Source: Lachnospiraceae bacterium (GTDB lineage Bacteria > Bacillota > Clostridia > Lachnospirales > Lachnospiraceae). From it: a stretch of DNA of 64,000 nucleotides. Position numbers and translations under genes: made by a program. The stretch's first letter is position 1, and every line of letters begins with the position of its first letter. The notes under the pieces were generated by a model, which worked only from the letters and a program-made list of their open reading frames with translations, made no database searches and had not been told where the DNA came from. Shown here piece after piece: positions 17,341 to 27,526 of the stretch. Location: NCBI GenBank assembly GCA_015056975.1, contig SVFG01000002.1, forward strand, positions 5,553-69,552. The letters run 5' to 3'.

Positions 17341-17373
17341 CTTAAGCCTCCGTCACACCTTTATCCGGATTTG

Positions 17374-18255
17374 TTATAAGCTGTGGGAACTCTCCACAAC
17401 ACCTGCGATTGTCTCAATCCACTCTGCAGTGTTTGACAAACCGCTTTTTTCTTCAATAATAAGCTTTAAACGTTCCTCGGCATTATACTCTGTCATAGCA
17501 AGAATTTCTTCTGCCGGCTCAACTGTCTTACGTATGTGTATCAGGTATTCAATATTACCCTCCGGTCCTTTAATTGGGGAATATTCCAAGTGCAGTACCT
17601 CAAAACCGATGCAGTCCGCATAATCAACAATCTTATGTAGTACTTCCTCGTGAATCTGTGGCTCTCTCACCACACCGTTTTTGCCAACCTTGTCCTTCCC
17701 TGCTTCAAACTGGGGCTTTATCAGACAAACCATCTGACCACCCTTCTTTAACAGATTGCGGGCGGGTATAAGGATTTTCGTAAGAGAGATAAAGGATACA
17801 TCCACGCTGGCAAAATCCAGCCTATCCTCTATATCCTCCGGTGTTACATACCTGAAATTGGTCTGCTCCATGCACACTACGCGCTCGTCATTACGAAGCT
17901 TCCATGCAAGCTGACCGTGTCCAACATCTACAGAGTAGACCTTCGCTGCACCATTCTGCAGCATGCAGTCCGTAAAGCCTCCCGTGGAGGCTCCGATATC
18001 CATGCATACGCAGCCATCCAAATCAAACTGCCATTTCTCCATTGCCTTTTCCAGCTTCAGTCCGCCACGGCTTACATATTTCAGACTGCTACCTCTGACT
18101 TCAAGTGCAATCTCTGTAGGGTCAAAGCCGGCACCTGCTTTAACCTCCCTTTTCCCGTTGACATAGACATTGCCGGACACTATGATTGCCTTTGCCTTTT
18201 CTCTGGAAGGAGCATATCCCTGATTTACCAAAATCACATCCAAACGCTCTTTCAT
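17374..18255 (-). CDS. tlyA: TlyA-family rRNA 2'-O-methyltransferase
   Basis: S4 domain, YVSRGGLKL, DIGASTGGFTD, DVSFISL, KPQFEAG. Confidence 0.96.
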   Translation of the reverse strand: MKERLDVILVNQGYAPSREKAKAIIVSGNVYVNGKREVKAGAGFDPTEIALEVRGSSLKYVSRGGLKLEKAMEKWQFDLDGCVCMDIGASTGGFTDCMLQNGAAKVYSVDVGHGQLAWKLRNDERVVCMEQTNFRYVTPEDIEDRLDFASVDVSFISLTKILIPARNLLKKGGQMVCLIKPQFEAGKDKVGKNGVVREPQIHEEVLHKIVDYADCIGFEVLHLEYSPIKGPEGNIEYLIHIRKTVEPAEEILAMTEYNAEERLKLIIEEKSGLSNTAEWIETIAGVVESSHSL

Positions 18256-18272
18256 TTGCGCTTAATACCTTC

Positions 18273-20123
18273 CTACACCTGCATCCTAATTAAGATGCGT
18301 TCTACTATACTGTCTGCATCCAAACCGATTTCCTTTTTTAAGAGTGAAACATTTCCATGCTCTATATATGCATCAGGGATGCTGATATTCAGATAGTCAT
18401 TATCCTTACCATTTTCCTTCATACAGGAGAGTACTTTTTCACCGTATCCGCCACAGGCAACATTCTCCTCCATAGTGACAATCAACCTATGGTTATCACA
18501 AGCTTCAAAGACTGCCTCTTCATCAATGGGCTTCACAAAACGGGCATTGATAAGACTTACGCTGTATCCCTTATCTTTCAATTTGTCCCGAACTTCTTCT
18601 GCAGTTTTCACCATACTTCCTGCGGCAAAAAGAGCAATTTCACACTCTCTGTAAATCCATTCTGCCTTTCCAAGCTCTATTTTTTCCCTATATTCCTCCA
18701 GACCGGCATATGCCTCCCCTCTGGGATAACGGATTGCTATAGATGCATCCAGATTCACTGCAAATTTCATCATGTCGGAAAGCTCCCACTTATTCTTGGG
18801 AGCACAGATTGTCATATTGGGAATACCGGAAAGATAGGTAAAATCAAAGATTCCCTGATGTGTTTCACCATCGCTTCCCACAAGTCCGGCACGGTCTATT
18901 GCAAAGATAACCGGTAAATTCTGAATACACACATCATGTACTATCTGGTCGTAAGCCCGCTGTAAAAAAGAAGAATATACTGCTACAACCGGCTTTAATC
19001 CTCCGGCCGCCAAACCTGCCGCAAAGGTCACCGCATGCTCCTCCGCAATACCCACATCGAAAAATCTCTCCGGATACATATTGCGGAAACGCTTAAGACC
19101 GGTACCGTCCGGCATTGCAGCTGTAATTGCCACAACCTTTTCATCCTTTTGTCCCAGCTTACACATAACTGTGGAAAAGACATCCGTATAATTAGATACT
19201 GTTCTCGGATTCGCAGGAAGTCCTGTCTCGATATCAAATGGTTCCGCACCATGAAATCTTGCAGGATGCCTCTCTGCCGGCGAAAAACCTTTGCCCTTCT
19301 GGGTAATTGCATGAATCAGAACCGCACCCTTTACACGCTTTGCTTCATTGATAACACGAATCAGTCCGTTTATGTTATGGCCATCCACAGGACCCAAATA
19401 GGTAAGTCCCATATCCTCAAAAAACATTCCCGGAATCACCAACTGCTTAAAGCTGCTCTTCGCCCTTCTGATACGGTTCACCAAGCCCGGCGCTTTTCTA
19501 AGAGCATTGCTGATACCCTCTTTTAAATCCTGATAGCCTGTAGCCGTACGGATATTATTAAGATATTTTGATACGCCACCTACATTCTCTGAGATGGACA
19601 TGTTATTGTCGTTTAATATGATAATATAATTGGTATCCAGCTTCGCTGCATTGTTCATGGCTTCATATGCCATACCTCCCGTGAGGGAACCATCTCCGAT
19701 AACAGCTACGATTGTGTTATTGCCACCCTGTATATCACGCGCCTTTACAAGCCCAAGTCCGGCTGAAACAGAAGTCGAACTGTGTCCTGTATCAAAGGCA
19801 TCACATTCGCTCTCTTTTCTCTTGGGGAATCCACTCATGCCATGATATTGGCGCAGACAATCAAAGCCCTCTCTGCGTCCTGTCAGAAGCTTATGCGTAT
19901 ATGACTGATGTCCCACATCCCAGATGATTTTATCCTCCGGCAGATTCAGCGCCAGGTGAAGTGCCATAGTAAGCTCCACCGTCCCCAGGTTTGAGCCCAG
20001 ATGCCCTCCGGTAACACTGATTTTCTCTATGAGAAACTGACGAATCTCCTCTGCCAGTGCCAATCTGTCTTCTTCCGAAATGTTCTTTATATCGTTTTCT
20101 TTGGAAATTTGTTCCAAAAACAT
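18273..20123 (-). CDS. dxs: 1-deoxy-D-xylulose-5-phosphate synthase
   Basis: GGHLGSNLG, WDVGHQSY, TPP motif GDGSLTGG...NDN, DVGIAEEH. Confidence 0.97.
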   Translation of the reverse strand: MFLEQISKENDIKNISEEDRLALAEEIRQFLIEKISVTGGHLGSNLGTVELTMALHLALNLPEDKIIWDVGHQSYTHKLLTGRREGFDCLRQYHGMSGFPKRKESECDAFDTGHSSTSVSAGLGLVKARDIQGGNNTIVAVIGDGSLTGGMAYEAMNNAAKLDTNYIIILNDNNMSISENVGGVSKYLNNIRTATGYQDLKEGISNALRKAPGLVNRIRRAKSSFKQLVIPGMFFEDMGLTYLGPVDGHNINGLIRVINEAKRVKGAVLIHAITQKGKGFSPAERHPARFHGAEPFDIETGLPANPRTVSNYTDVFSTVMCKLGQKDEKVVAITAAMPDGTGLKRFRNMYPERFFDVGIAEEHAVTFAAGLAAGGLKPVVAVYSSFLQRAYDQIVHDVCIQNLPVIFAIDRAGLVGSDGETHQGIFDFTYLSGIPNMTICAPKNKWELSDMMKFAVNLDASIAIRYPRGEAYAGLEEYREKIELGKAEWIYRECEIALFAAGSMVKTAEEVRDKLKDKGYSVSLINARFVKPIDEEAVFEACDNHRLIVTMEENVACGGYGEKVLSCMKENGKDNDYLNISIPDAYIEHGNVSLLKKEIGLDADSIVERILIRMQV

Positions 20124-20152
20124 ATGCCCATCCTCTTTCCCTTCGGCTGTCC

Positions 20153-21049
20153 CTATTTGCGACGATGAATGAGTTCTCTCACAAGCTTCTCTAAAAAGCT
20201 GTGTTCCCCTTTGAATTCCCCAATCATTTTAAGTGCCTCCTCCGAGAGGCGTATTACATCTTCCGATGATTTTTCCAGACCGTTTAATGTCACATACGTC
20301 TGTTTATGATTCTGGGCATCACTGCCCACCTGCTTGCCAAGCTCACTGCTATCCCCAATGACATCCAAAATATCATCCTGAATTTGAAAAGCGATACCAA
20401 TATTATATGCACACTTCTCAACAGTAGCCACTTCCTCCTCTGATGCTCCTGCCAGAATTGCCCCAACCATCATGGAGGCCTGAATCAAAGCGGCAGTCTT
20501 GTGCTCATGAATAAACAACAACTGCTCCGTGGTCAAAGTGTTCTGTCTCTCAGCCTCTATATCCGCGGTCTGTCCGCCGATCATACCGTATACGCCGGCC
20601 TTCTTAGCCAGTACCTGTAATGCCCTTGCCACCTTTAACATCTCTTCTGCATTAGTATTTGCCATATCAAAGGCTTTTATGGCGGTTTCAAAAGCATAAT
20701 TTAACAGACCGTCTCCTGCAAGGATTCCCATTGCATCCCCGTACACCTTCCATGTAGTTTCCCTGCCACGACGATACTCGTCGTTATCCATGGCCGGCAA
20801 ATCATCATGTACCAGAGAATAGGTATGAATCATTTCAATTGCTGCCATAAACGGTTCAACTATCCGTGCCGTTCCGCCGAAAATACGGTATATCTCCTGC
20901 ATGAGCATGGGACGCAGCCGCTTTCCTCCCGCCAGAACACTATAGTTCATGGCTTTAAGCACCGTAAATTGGTATCCTTCTTCCTTCGGCAGATATGACT
21001 GTATAATCTCTTCTATTTCCCGTACTCTGTCATTCATTTCCATGGTCAT
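20153..21049 (-). CDS. ispA: Farnesyl/geranylgeranyl diphosphate synthase
   Basis: GGKRLRP, first Asp-rich motif SLVHDDLPAMD, second motif FQIQDDILD. Confidence 0.95.
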   Translation of the reverse strand: MTMEMNDRVREIEEIIQSYLPKEEGYQFTVLKAMNYSVLAGGKRLRPMLMQEIYRIFGGTARIVEPFMAAIEMIHTYSLVHDDLPAMDNDEYRRGRETTWKVYGDAMGILAGDGLLNYAFETAIKAFDMANTNAEEMLKVARALQVLAKKAGVYGMIGGQTADIEAERQNTLTTEQLLFIHEHKTAALIQASMMVGAILAGASEEEVATVEKCAYNIGIAFQIQDDILDVIGDSSELGKQVGSDAQNHKQTYVTLNGLEKSSEDVIRLSEEALKMIGEFKGEHSFLEKLVRELIHRRK

Positions 21050-21055
21050 CCACCT

Positions 21056-21283
21056 TTACTGTAATTGTGTTAGTACATTTCCCTCGCTAAGCTTTAGCAC
21101 CTTTTTCTCTACCCGGTCAATCTGTTCGTTACACTGCTTTAATACTTCCATCCCCTGACTGTAAGCCGTAAAAGCCTGCTCCAGAGAAATATCCTCATCA
21201 GACAACCGGTTTACCAGTTCCTCAAGTCTTGCAAAGTTCTCTTCCAATGTAAATTCGGTTTCTGCTTCCTTACTCATACTCAT
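21056..21283 (-). CDS. xseB: Exodeoxyribonuclease VII small subunit
   Basis: LEE..ARLEE.V..L...ISLE pattern. Located between xseA and ispA. Confidence 0.92.
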   Translation of the reverse strand: MSMSKEAETEFTLEENFARLEELVNRLSDEDISLEQAFTAYSQGMEVLKQCNEQIDRVEKKVLKLSEGNVLTQLQ

Positions 21284-22490
21284 GTCTTTCCTCCACACCG
21301 GTTACCTTCGTGCGAATGCTACCGTCACTTACCTGTATTGTTAAAGCCTGCCCTTCTTTGATTTGTGATACAGATCGGATATTCTTACCCGTCTCATCCT
21401 CCACATAAGAAAAACCACTGTTTAGCTTTTCCAAAGGAGACAGACCCTTCAGTCTCTCTATATATAGCTGCAGCTCATACCGCTTCTTTCGAAGAATTGA
21501 ATGCATTTTTTCCTGCAAACGTTCCTCAAGCTGCATACATCTGGTCATCCGCTCTCTAACCTTGCCTGCCGGGCTAAGCAGGGCAAGCTGTCTTTCATAC
21601 TGCCTTATCTTCTCCCTGCCGCTTCTGATATGACGGTTCATATTCCCATTGAGCTGCTCTTCAAACGCTATAAGCATTCCGTCAATCTCTCTTACATCGG
21701 TTACCGCAAGCTCTGCTGCCGCCGAAGGTGTGGGAGCACGTAAATCAGATACAAAATCAATAATCGTGGTATCTGTCTCATGTCCAACGGCAGAAATAAT
21801 AGGTATGGTACAATCGAATACCGCCTGCGCTACCACGCGCTCGTTAAAGGCCCACAAATCCTCTATGGAGCCTCCGCCTCTTCCTACAATCATCACATCA
21901 ACCTGCATTGCTTCCAGTGCATGTATTCCTTTTACAATGCTTTCCGCAGCAGCATCTCCCTGTACAATGGCGGGATACAGAATAATCTGCACATAAGGAT
22001 TTCTTCGTGTGGCAACCTGTATAATATCCCTGACTGCTGCGCCCGTGTCGGCAGTTACCACACCAAGCGTCTTAATATACTTTGGTATGGGCTGCTTGTA
22101 CTGCGGTGCAAACATACCGAGCTCATCCAGTTCTCTCTTTAACTGCTCAAACTTCTCATATAAAAGCCCCGCGCCATCAAGTACAATCTGTTTTGCATAC
22201 ATCTGATATTTGCCATCACGCTCATAGACATCCACGGTACCGCCTACAATCACCTGCTGCCCTTCCGAAAGCCGGAAATTAAGCCCTGAGCGGTTTCCTG
22301 CAAACATTACGCAGTTAACAGTCCCCTTTGCATCCTTTAACGTAAAATAAATATGTCCAGAGGAATGATACTTGCAGTTGCTGACTTCGCCTTTGACGAA
22401 CAGCGCCTGCAAGAGATAGTCCTGCGTGAACATATTTTTAATATAAGCATTCAGTTGTCCTACGGTGTAAACGTTACGAATCTCAATCAC
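21270..22490 (-). CDS. xseA: Exodeoxyribonuclease VII large subunit
   Basis: GEVSN, SGHIYFTLKD, RGGGSIEDL, AVGHETD, TPSAAAE. Start placed at GTG 22490. Confidence 0.96.
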   Translation of the reverse strand: MIEIRNVYTVGQLNAYIKNMFTQDYLLQALFVKGEVSNCKYHSSGHIYFTLKDAKGTVNCVMFAGNRSGLNFRLSEGQQVIVGGTVDVYERDGKYQMYAKQIVLDGAGLLYEKFEQLKRELDELGMFAPQYKQPIPKYIKTLGVVTADTGAAVRDIIQVATRRNPYVQIILYPAIVQGDAAAESIVKGIHALEAMQVDVMIVGRGGGSIEDLWAFNERVVAQAVFDCTIPIISAVGHETDTTIIDFVSDLRAPTPSAAAELAVTDVREIDGMLIAFEEQLNGNMNRHIRSGREKIRQYERQLALLSPAGKVRERMTRCMQLEERLQEKMHSILRKKRYELQLYIERLKGLSPLEKLNSGFSYVEDETGKNIRSVSQIKEGQALTIQVSDGSIRTKVTGVEERHEYE

Positions 22491-22908
22491 CTGACTTTGC
22501 AATCTTACCCAGGATAGCATTTACAAAAGCTCCCGAGCCGTCCTGTCCGTACTTTTTAGCTATTTCCACTGCTTCATTGATAGCTACATTGGTCGGTACT
22601 TCCTCATCATAAAGTATCTCAAATACAGCAAGGCGAAGTACCGTAAGCTCTACCTTACCCATGCGGTTGGTATCCCAGCCCTCTGTATTCTCATTAATCA
22701 TAGCATCGATATCAGAAATTTTATCCTGAATCAGCTCAAATCGGTCCGAAGCCTTCTCCATATCGACAACTTTAAGAGGCGTTCCCTCTTCCTCAGCTCC
22801 AAAACCGTTACAATATAAATTCAACTGTTCCGGCATATCCTCCGGTGTATTAAACTCAATGCGGAATAAAAGTTTAAAAACCTGCTCTCGTAACTCGTGT
22901 CGTCTCAT
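22483..22908 (-). CDS. nusB: Transcription antitermination factor NusB
   Basis: RRHELRE, LRLAVFE, VAINEAVEIAKKYG, FVNAIL. Confidence 0.96.
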   Translation of the reverse strand: MRRHELREQVFKLLFRIEFNTPEDMPEQLNLYCNGFGAEEEGTPLKVVDMEKASDRFELIQDKISDIDAMINENTEGWDTNRMGKVELTVLRLAVFEILYDEEVPTNVAINEAVEIAKKYGQDGSGAFVNAILGKIAKSGD

Positions 22909-22915
22909 AGTATTC

Positions 22916-23314
22916 CTATTTTTCCTTCTTCATATTGATGGCTGCAATGCGGATGTTCACATCAGTACAGTTAAGACCGGTCATATTTTCAATGGCATTC
23001 TTGACCTTAAGCTGAACCTTCTGACAGGTAGCAGGAATATTGTAGCCGTAATCCATGGTTACCGTCAAATCTACCATCACATTCTGACCGAGAATGTCTA
23101 CCTTAACACCTTTGCCTAAGCTTTTCTTTGTAACCTTATTCATGATCTCATTGGTAATATTGCCATTGGTTGCATTGACACCTTCCACCTCTGTTGCAGC
23201 AAGAGATGCAATCATTGCCACTACGTCATCAGCGATCTGAACTGCACCAATACCGCTTTCCTCTGTCAAAATCACTGCACTCTTATCTATTTCTCTTTCC
23301 ATAGAATCCTCCAT
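22916..23314 (-). CDS. Asp23/Gls24-family (YqhY-like) protein
   Basis: VQIADDVVA.IA..AA.EVEGV...VQ..VK.AIE.MTGL. Canonical position upstream of nusB. Confidence 0.92.
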   Translation of the reverse strand: MEDSMEREIDKSAVILTEESGIGAVQIADDVVAMIASLAATEVEGVNATNGNITNEIMNKVTKKSLGKGVKVDILGQNVMVDLTVTMDYGYNIPATCQKVQLKVKNAIENMTGLNCTDVNIRIAAINMKKEK

Positions 23315-23390
23315 TCTGAAGTCATTTATCTACACTGTGTAAATATGAAACTTCCAAATCTATACATATTACTACAAGTATAACATTTTC

Positions 23391-24608
23391 CTATTCATTT
23401 GTCACCCAAAAACTCATGGATAATCCTTTCTCATTGTGACTGTAGGAAATCTGCCCTTCACCGGCATCCATATAGTCAAATATTTCATACTCATCTATCA
23501 GTGCTTTCTTTATTTCCAGAAAGCACTCCTGAGTCTTACATCTTATGCTTACTACCGTTTTGGGCAATCCGTCCGCCTGAGCAAATACCTCTTCAAGCTG
23601 CTCCCTGCTATACTCTGTAAAATATGTCCCCTCCCGCACATAAAAATTATCCTTTGTATCCACGCACTCCGGCATAGGTACTAATGGGGTAAGTGTATGC
23701 GTGCGCAGAAGCTCTTTTGTGGTAATGCACAGATAATCATAGTTTATCTCCGGATAGCCCTCTGCGGGCAACTGCTCTTCCCCTGTCTGATAGTGAACAT
23801 CACCCCATGTGGTATCCAGATAATAGAAACCCGAATCAGACATCACCAGATTCCAGGCGTGTCCCTCACCGGTGTCTACAACTCCCTGCACCAAAGTACA
23901 TTCCACTCCCAGCCTGTTCAATAAATACTGTGTCGCTTTCGCATAGCCCTGACAAACAGACTTGTGATGTACAAACACTGAGTATATATTTTGATTATCC
24001 GGTGCTTCCAAAACATAATCCGTATTTAATATCAGGTTTTCATATACATACTTAATTTTGGCATAATCCGTCTCTTCCACGGATATCCCCGAAAGGATTT
24101 TATCTACTGCCTCTTCTATCTCCTGTTTCCGTATTTTTACCATATCCGGTTCCAGATTATAGTTCCCGGCAAATTCAATGGATAAGATTTCCTCACCCAA
24201 CATATACTTGGTGTAAGTGTATCCGTCCACATAAAACAACTCCGGATGGTCGTTTAACACGCACTGAAACACTTTATCAATATCGGTCTCATCAAGTCCC
24301 TGTCTTATTCCCGCATCGGAAAGCATGCCTTTTTCTGACAGACTCCCCAAGAGGTTCTCCATATCTCTATACCAAAGCTTTTCTGCTTCGCTTAAACGGT
24401 TATAGGTAAAACAGGATGCATTCTCGTTGAGATATGATACCGCAGGCTCCAAAGTTGCTGCCGGCTCCGGAGTCTGCTCCTTTTCATTTGCATGGAGAGC
24501 CGTTGTTTTGGGTACCCGGCTTAAAAACTCTTCACCGGCACACCCACTGCAAACACAGCCACAAATACATAGTAAGAGAATTACCTTACATACTCTTTTT
24601 TTCTTCAT
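23391..24608 (-). CDS. Transglutaminase-like (Cys-His-Asp) domain lipoprotein
   Basis: Lipoprotein-like signal (MKKKR...CSGC). Triad motifs VCQGYAKA, HAWN and YYLDTTWGD. Confidence 0.85.
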   Translation of the reverse strand: MKKKRVCKVILLLCICGCVCSGCAGEEFLSRVPKTTALHANEKEQTPEPAATLEPAVSYLNENASCFTYNRLSEAEKLWYRDMENLLGSLSEKGMLSDAGIRQGLDETDIDKVFQCVLNDHPELFYVDGYTYTKYMLGEEILSIEFAGNYNLEPDMVKIRKQEIEEAVDKILSGISVEETDYAKIKYVYENLILNTDYVLEAPDNQNIYSVFVHHKSVCQGYAKATQYLLNRLGVECTLVQGVVDTGEGHAWNLVMSDSGFYYLDTTWGDVHYQTGEEQLPAEGYPEINYDYLCITTKELLRTHTLTPLVPMPECVDTKDNFYVREGTYFTEYSREQLEEVFAQADGLPKTVVSIRCKTQECFLEIKKALIDEYEIFDYMDAGEGQISYSHNEKGLSMSFWVTNE

Positions 24609-24627
24609 TCTTCTCCCTAAACAACAA

Positions 24628-26238
24628 TTAATTTCTACTGAATTCGGAAAGTATCAGTCCTTTGTTACGATCCAAAGTCATACCGACACTCCATGAATTG
24701 ATAAACAAAAGCAACGGATTCCCCTTCATATCCTTTACTTTCTTCATATCAGAGGTACCTACAAGCTTTGCAATGTCTACCTCATCCTTGTTCTCTATCC
24801 AGCGGATATGCTCATAAGGCAGGTTCTCCAAACGGATTTCCACATTGTATTCATTTTCCAGACGATACTTTAATACATCAAACTGAAGAACACCTACAAC
24901 GCCTACAATAATCTCCTCCAAACCGCTGTTAAACTCTTGGAAAATCTGGATAGCACCCTCCTGGGCAATCTGCTCAATACCCTTAACAAACTGTTTTCTC
25001 TTCATGGTATCTACCTGACGTACCCTTGCAAAATGCTCCGGTGCAAAGGTAGGAATACCCTCGTACTGGAACTTGTCCTTCGGCATACAAAGCGTATCAC
25101 CTATGGAGAAAATGCCGGGATCAAATACTCCGATAATATCTCCCGCATAAGCCTCCGACAATATCTTTCGCTCGTCTGCCATAATCTGCTGGGGCTGGGA
25201 AAGTCTCATCACCTTATTGCCCTGTACATGACGCACCTCCATCTGCGCATCAAATTTGCCGGAACAGATACGCATAAAGGCGATTCTGTCTCTATGTGCC
25301 TTATTCATATTTGCCTGAATCTTGAATACAAAAGCACTGAACTCCTTTTCCGTGGGTTCAATAATACCGATATCAGCCTTTCTGGAAAGGGGTGTAGTAG
25401 TCATTTTCAGGAAATGCTGCAAAAAGATTTCCACACCAAAGTTGGTCAGTGCAGAGCCGAAGCATACAGGAGTTAAATCACCGCTTCTGACTGCATCCAG
25501 ATCAAATTCTGCACTGGCACCATCCAAAAGTTCAATCTCCTCAAGCAACTTGTCTGCCGCCTCATCACCGATAACCTGGCGAAGCGCCGCCTCATCCTCC
25601 ACCGGGATTTCGGTAGCGGTTCCTTCCTTGGTTCCCTTCTCAGTATCTGAATACGCTATAATGCACTTCTTCTCTCTGTCATAAACACCCTTAAATCCCT
25701 TACCTGAACCGATAGGCCAGTTGATGGGACAGGTTGCAATACCAAGCTCCTTCTCGATATCATCCAAAAGTTCGAAAGTATCATTTGCATCACGGTCCAG
25801 CTTATTGATAAAAGTAAAAATAGGTATTTTTCTCATAACACAAACCTTAAACAGTTTTCTGGTCTGTGCCTCTACACCCTTGGACGCATCAATTACCATC
25901 ACGGCAGAATCCGCTGCCATCAGAGTTCGATAAGTATCCTCCGAGAAATCCTGATGTCCGGGAGTATCCAAAATATTAATGCAATAGCCGTCATACTCAA
26001 ACTGAAGTACTGAGGAGGTTACGGAAATACCTCTCTGCTTCTCGATTTCCATCCAGTCTGAAACAGCGTGTCTTGCAGTTGCCTTACCCTTTACGCTTCC
26101 CGCCAGATTAATGGCTCCACCGTAGAGCAGGAACTTCTCTGTCAATGTGGTTTTTCCTGCATCGGGGTGGGAAATAATCGCAAAGGTGCGGCGACGGTTA
26201 ATTTCTTCTGTATAATTACTCAATGTTATTTCCTCCAT
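24628..26238 (-). CDS. prfC: Peptide chain release factor 3
   Basis: RRTFAIISHPDAGKTT, SDWMEIEKQRGISV, DTPGHQDFSEDTYR. Confidence 0.98.
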   Translation of the reverse strand: MEEITLSNYTEEINRRRTFAIISHPDAGKTTLTEKFLLYGGAINLAGSVKGKATARHAVSDWMEIEKQRGISVTSSVLQFEYDGYCINILDTPGHQDFSEDTYRTLMAADSAVMVIDASKGVEAQTRKLFKVCVMRKIPIFTFINKLDRDANDTFELLDDIEKELGIATCPINWPIGSGKGFKGVYDREKKCIIAYSDTEKGTKEGTATEIPVEDEAALRQVIGDEAADKLLEEIELLDGASAEFDLDAVRSGDLTPVCFGSALTNFGVEIFLQHFLKMTTTPLSRKADIGIIEPTEKEFSAFVFKIQANMNKAHRDRIAFMRICSGKFDAQMEVRHVQGNKVMRLSQPQQIMADERKILSEAYAGDIIGVFDPGIFSIGDTLCMPKDKFQYEGIPTFAPEHFARVRQVDTMKRKQFVKGIEQIAQEGAIQIFQEFNSGLEEIIVGVVGVLQFDVLKYRLENEYNVEIRLENLPYEHIRWIENKDEVDIAKLVGTSDMKKVKDMKGNPLLLFINSWSVGMTLDRNKGLILSEFSRN

Positions 26239-27391
26239 TTAACATACTTTCTCCGGGAAAATTTGGAACAATCCCGAAGTATTGTACCACAGTAGCGGCT
26301 ATATCTGCAAAGGTTTTTCTTGTTCCCAGATTTTCGGGCACAATCCTTTGACCATACATGATAAAAGGTGTGTATTCCCTGGTGTGGTCCGTGGTCTCCA
26401 AATATGCCGGATCACAACCGTGGTCCGCCGTAATCATCAGCACATCCTCCGGGCGCATTTTACCCATAATTTCGGGGAGCTTCTCATCAAAATAACCGAG
26501 TGCCTTTGCATATCCGTCCACATCCCTTCTGTGACCATACAAAGAATCATAATCCACCAGATTCACAAAACATAAACCTTCAAAATCCTTGTCCATATAT
26601 TCCAGTGTTCGCACAATACCTTCCTCATTACCGGAGGTATACACAAACTCCGTGATTCCCTTCCCCGCAAAAATATCCTGTATCTTACCTACTGCAATGA
26701 CATCCTTTCCATTTTCACATAACACATCCAACATTGTAGGTGCTGGCGGCATCAAAGAATAGTCGTGTCGGTTGGAGGTGCGGGTATAAGGTCCTCCCGC
26801 GGGACCTACAAAGGGACGTGCAATTACTCTGCCCACGCCGTGCTCGCCCTGTAAAATCTCTCTGGCAATGTGACAATATTCATAGAGCTGTTTAAGCGGT
26901 ACAATCTCTTCATGGGCTGCTATCTGAAACACACTGTCCGCAGAGGTATAGACAATCAGATCTCCCGTCCGCATATGTTCTTCGCCATACTCCTTAATCA
27001 CCTCAGTACCGGAATAGGGAAGATTACAGAGCACACCTCTGCCTGTCCTCTTACTAAATTCATCAATCACTTCCTTCGGGAAACCCTCCGGATAAGTAGG
27101 CAGCGGTCTGTCCGAACGAATACCGGCTATCTCCCAATGACCTATGGTGGTATCCTTTCCTTTTGAAGCCTCTGCCATGCGCGCCACGGTCGCAAGGGGC
27201 TTCTCTGCCTTTTCTCCCACGGTCACACCATCTATGGTAAATAAACCAAGCTTAGCCATATTGGGCATATGAAAATACAGACTTTCCGAAACGCTGCCCA
27301 AGGTATTAACATCCCTGTCCCCATATTCTGCCGCATCCGGCATCTGTCCGATTCCGAAGCTGTCCAGTACAATCAAAAAAACTCTCTTCAT
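26216..27391 (-). CDS. deoB: Phosphopentomutase
   Basis: LIVLDSFGIG, SKGKDTTIGHWE, YTSADSVFQIAAH, YGHRRD, TADHGCDP. Confidence 0.97.
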   Translation of the reverse strand: MKRVFLIVLDSFGIGQMPDAAEYGDRDVNTLGSVSESLYFHMPNMAKLGLFTIDGVTVGEKAEKPLATVARMAEASKGKDTTIGHWEIAGIRSDRPLPTYPEGFPKEVIDEFSKRTGRGVLCNLPYSGTEVIKEYGEEHMRTGDLIVYTSADSVFQIAAHEEIVPLKQLYEYCHIAREILQGEHGVGRVIARPFVGPAGGPYTRTSNRHDYSLMPPAPTMLDVLCENGKDVIAVGKIQDIFAGKGITEFVYTSGNEEGIVRTLEYMDKDFEGLCFVNLVDYDSLYGHRRDVDGYAKALGYFDEKLPEIMGKMRPEDVLMITADHGCDPAYLETTDHTREYTPFIMYGQRIVPENLGTRKTFADIAATVVQYFGIVPNFPGESMLNGGNNIE

Positions 27392-27464
27392 ATGTTTTCC
27401 TCTTTCTTCCATCATACTTATTTGCTTATTATATCACAGTCTTATTCATTTTGATACGTAAATT

Positions 27465-27502
27465 GTGTACAGCATACGCATTTTTATGCGCATACTGTAC
27501 AC
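27465..27502 (-). terminator. Hairpin downstream of spoIIIAH
   Basis: Minus strand GTGTACAGTATGCGCAT-AAAA-ATGCGTATGCTGTACAC, a 17-bp stem with G-U pairs. Confidence 0.6.
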
Positions 27503-27526
27503 CCATATGTATTGCTGTGAAATTGA

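Noticed and set aside
17374-18255. TlyA as a hemolysin or virulence factor
   Set aside because: Its conserved dxs-tlyA-nadK context and methyltransferase motifs indicate the housekeeping rRNA methylase.
18273-21049. dxs and ispA as part of the prenyl-lipid cluster
   Set aside because: They sit in their standard housekeeping position (xseB-ispA-dxs-tlyA), so proximity is not evidence of linkage.
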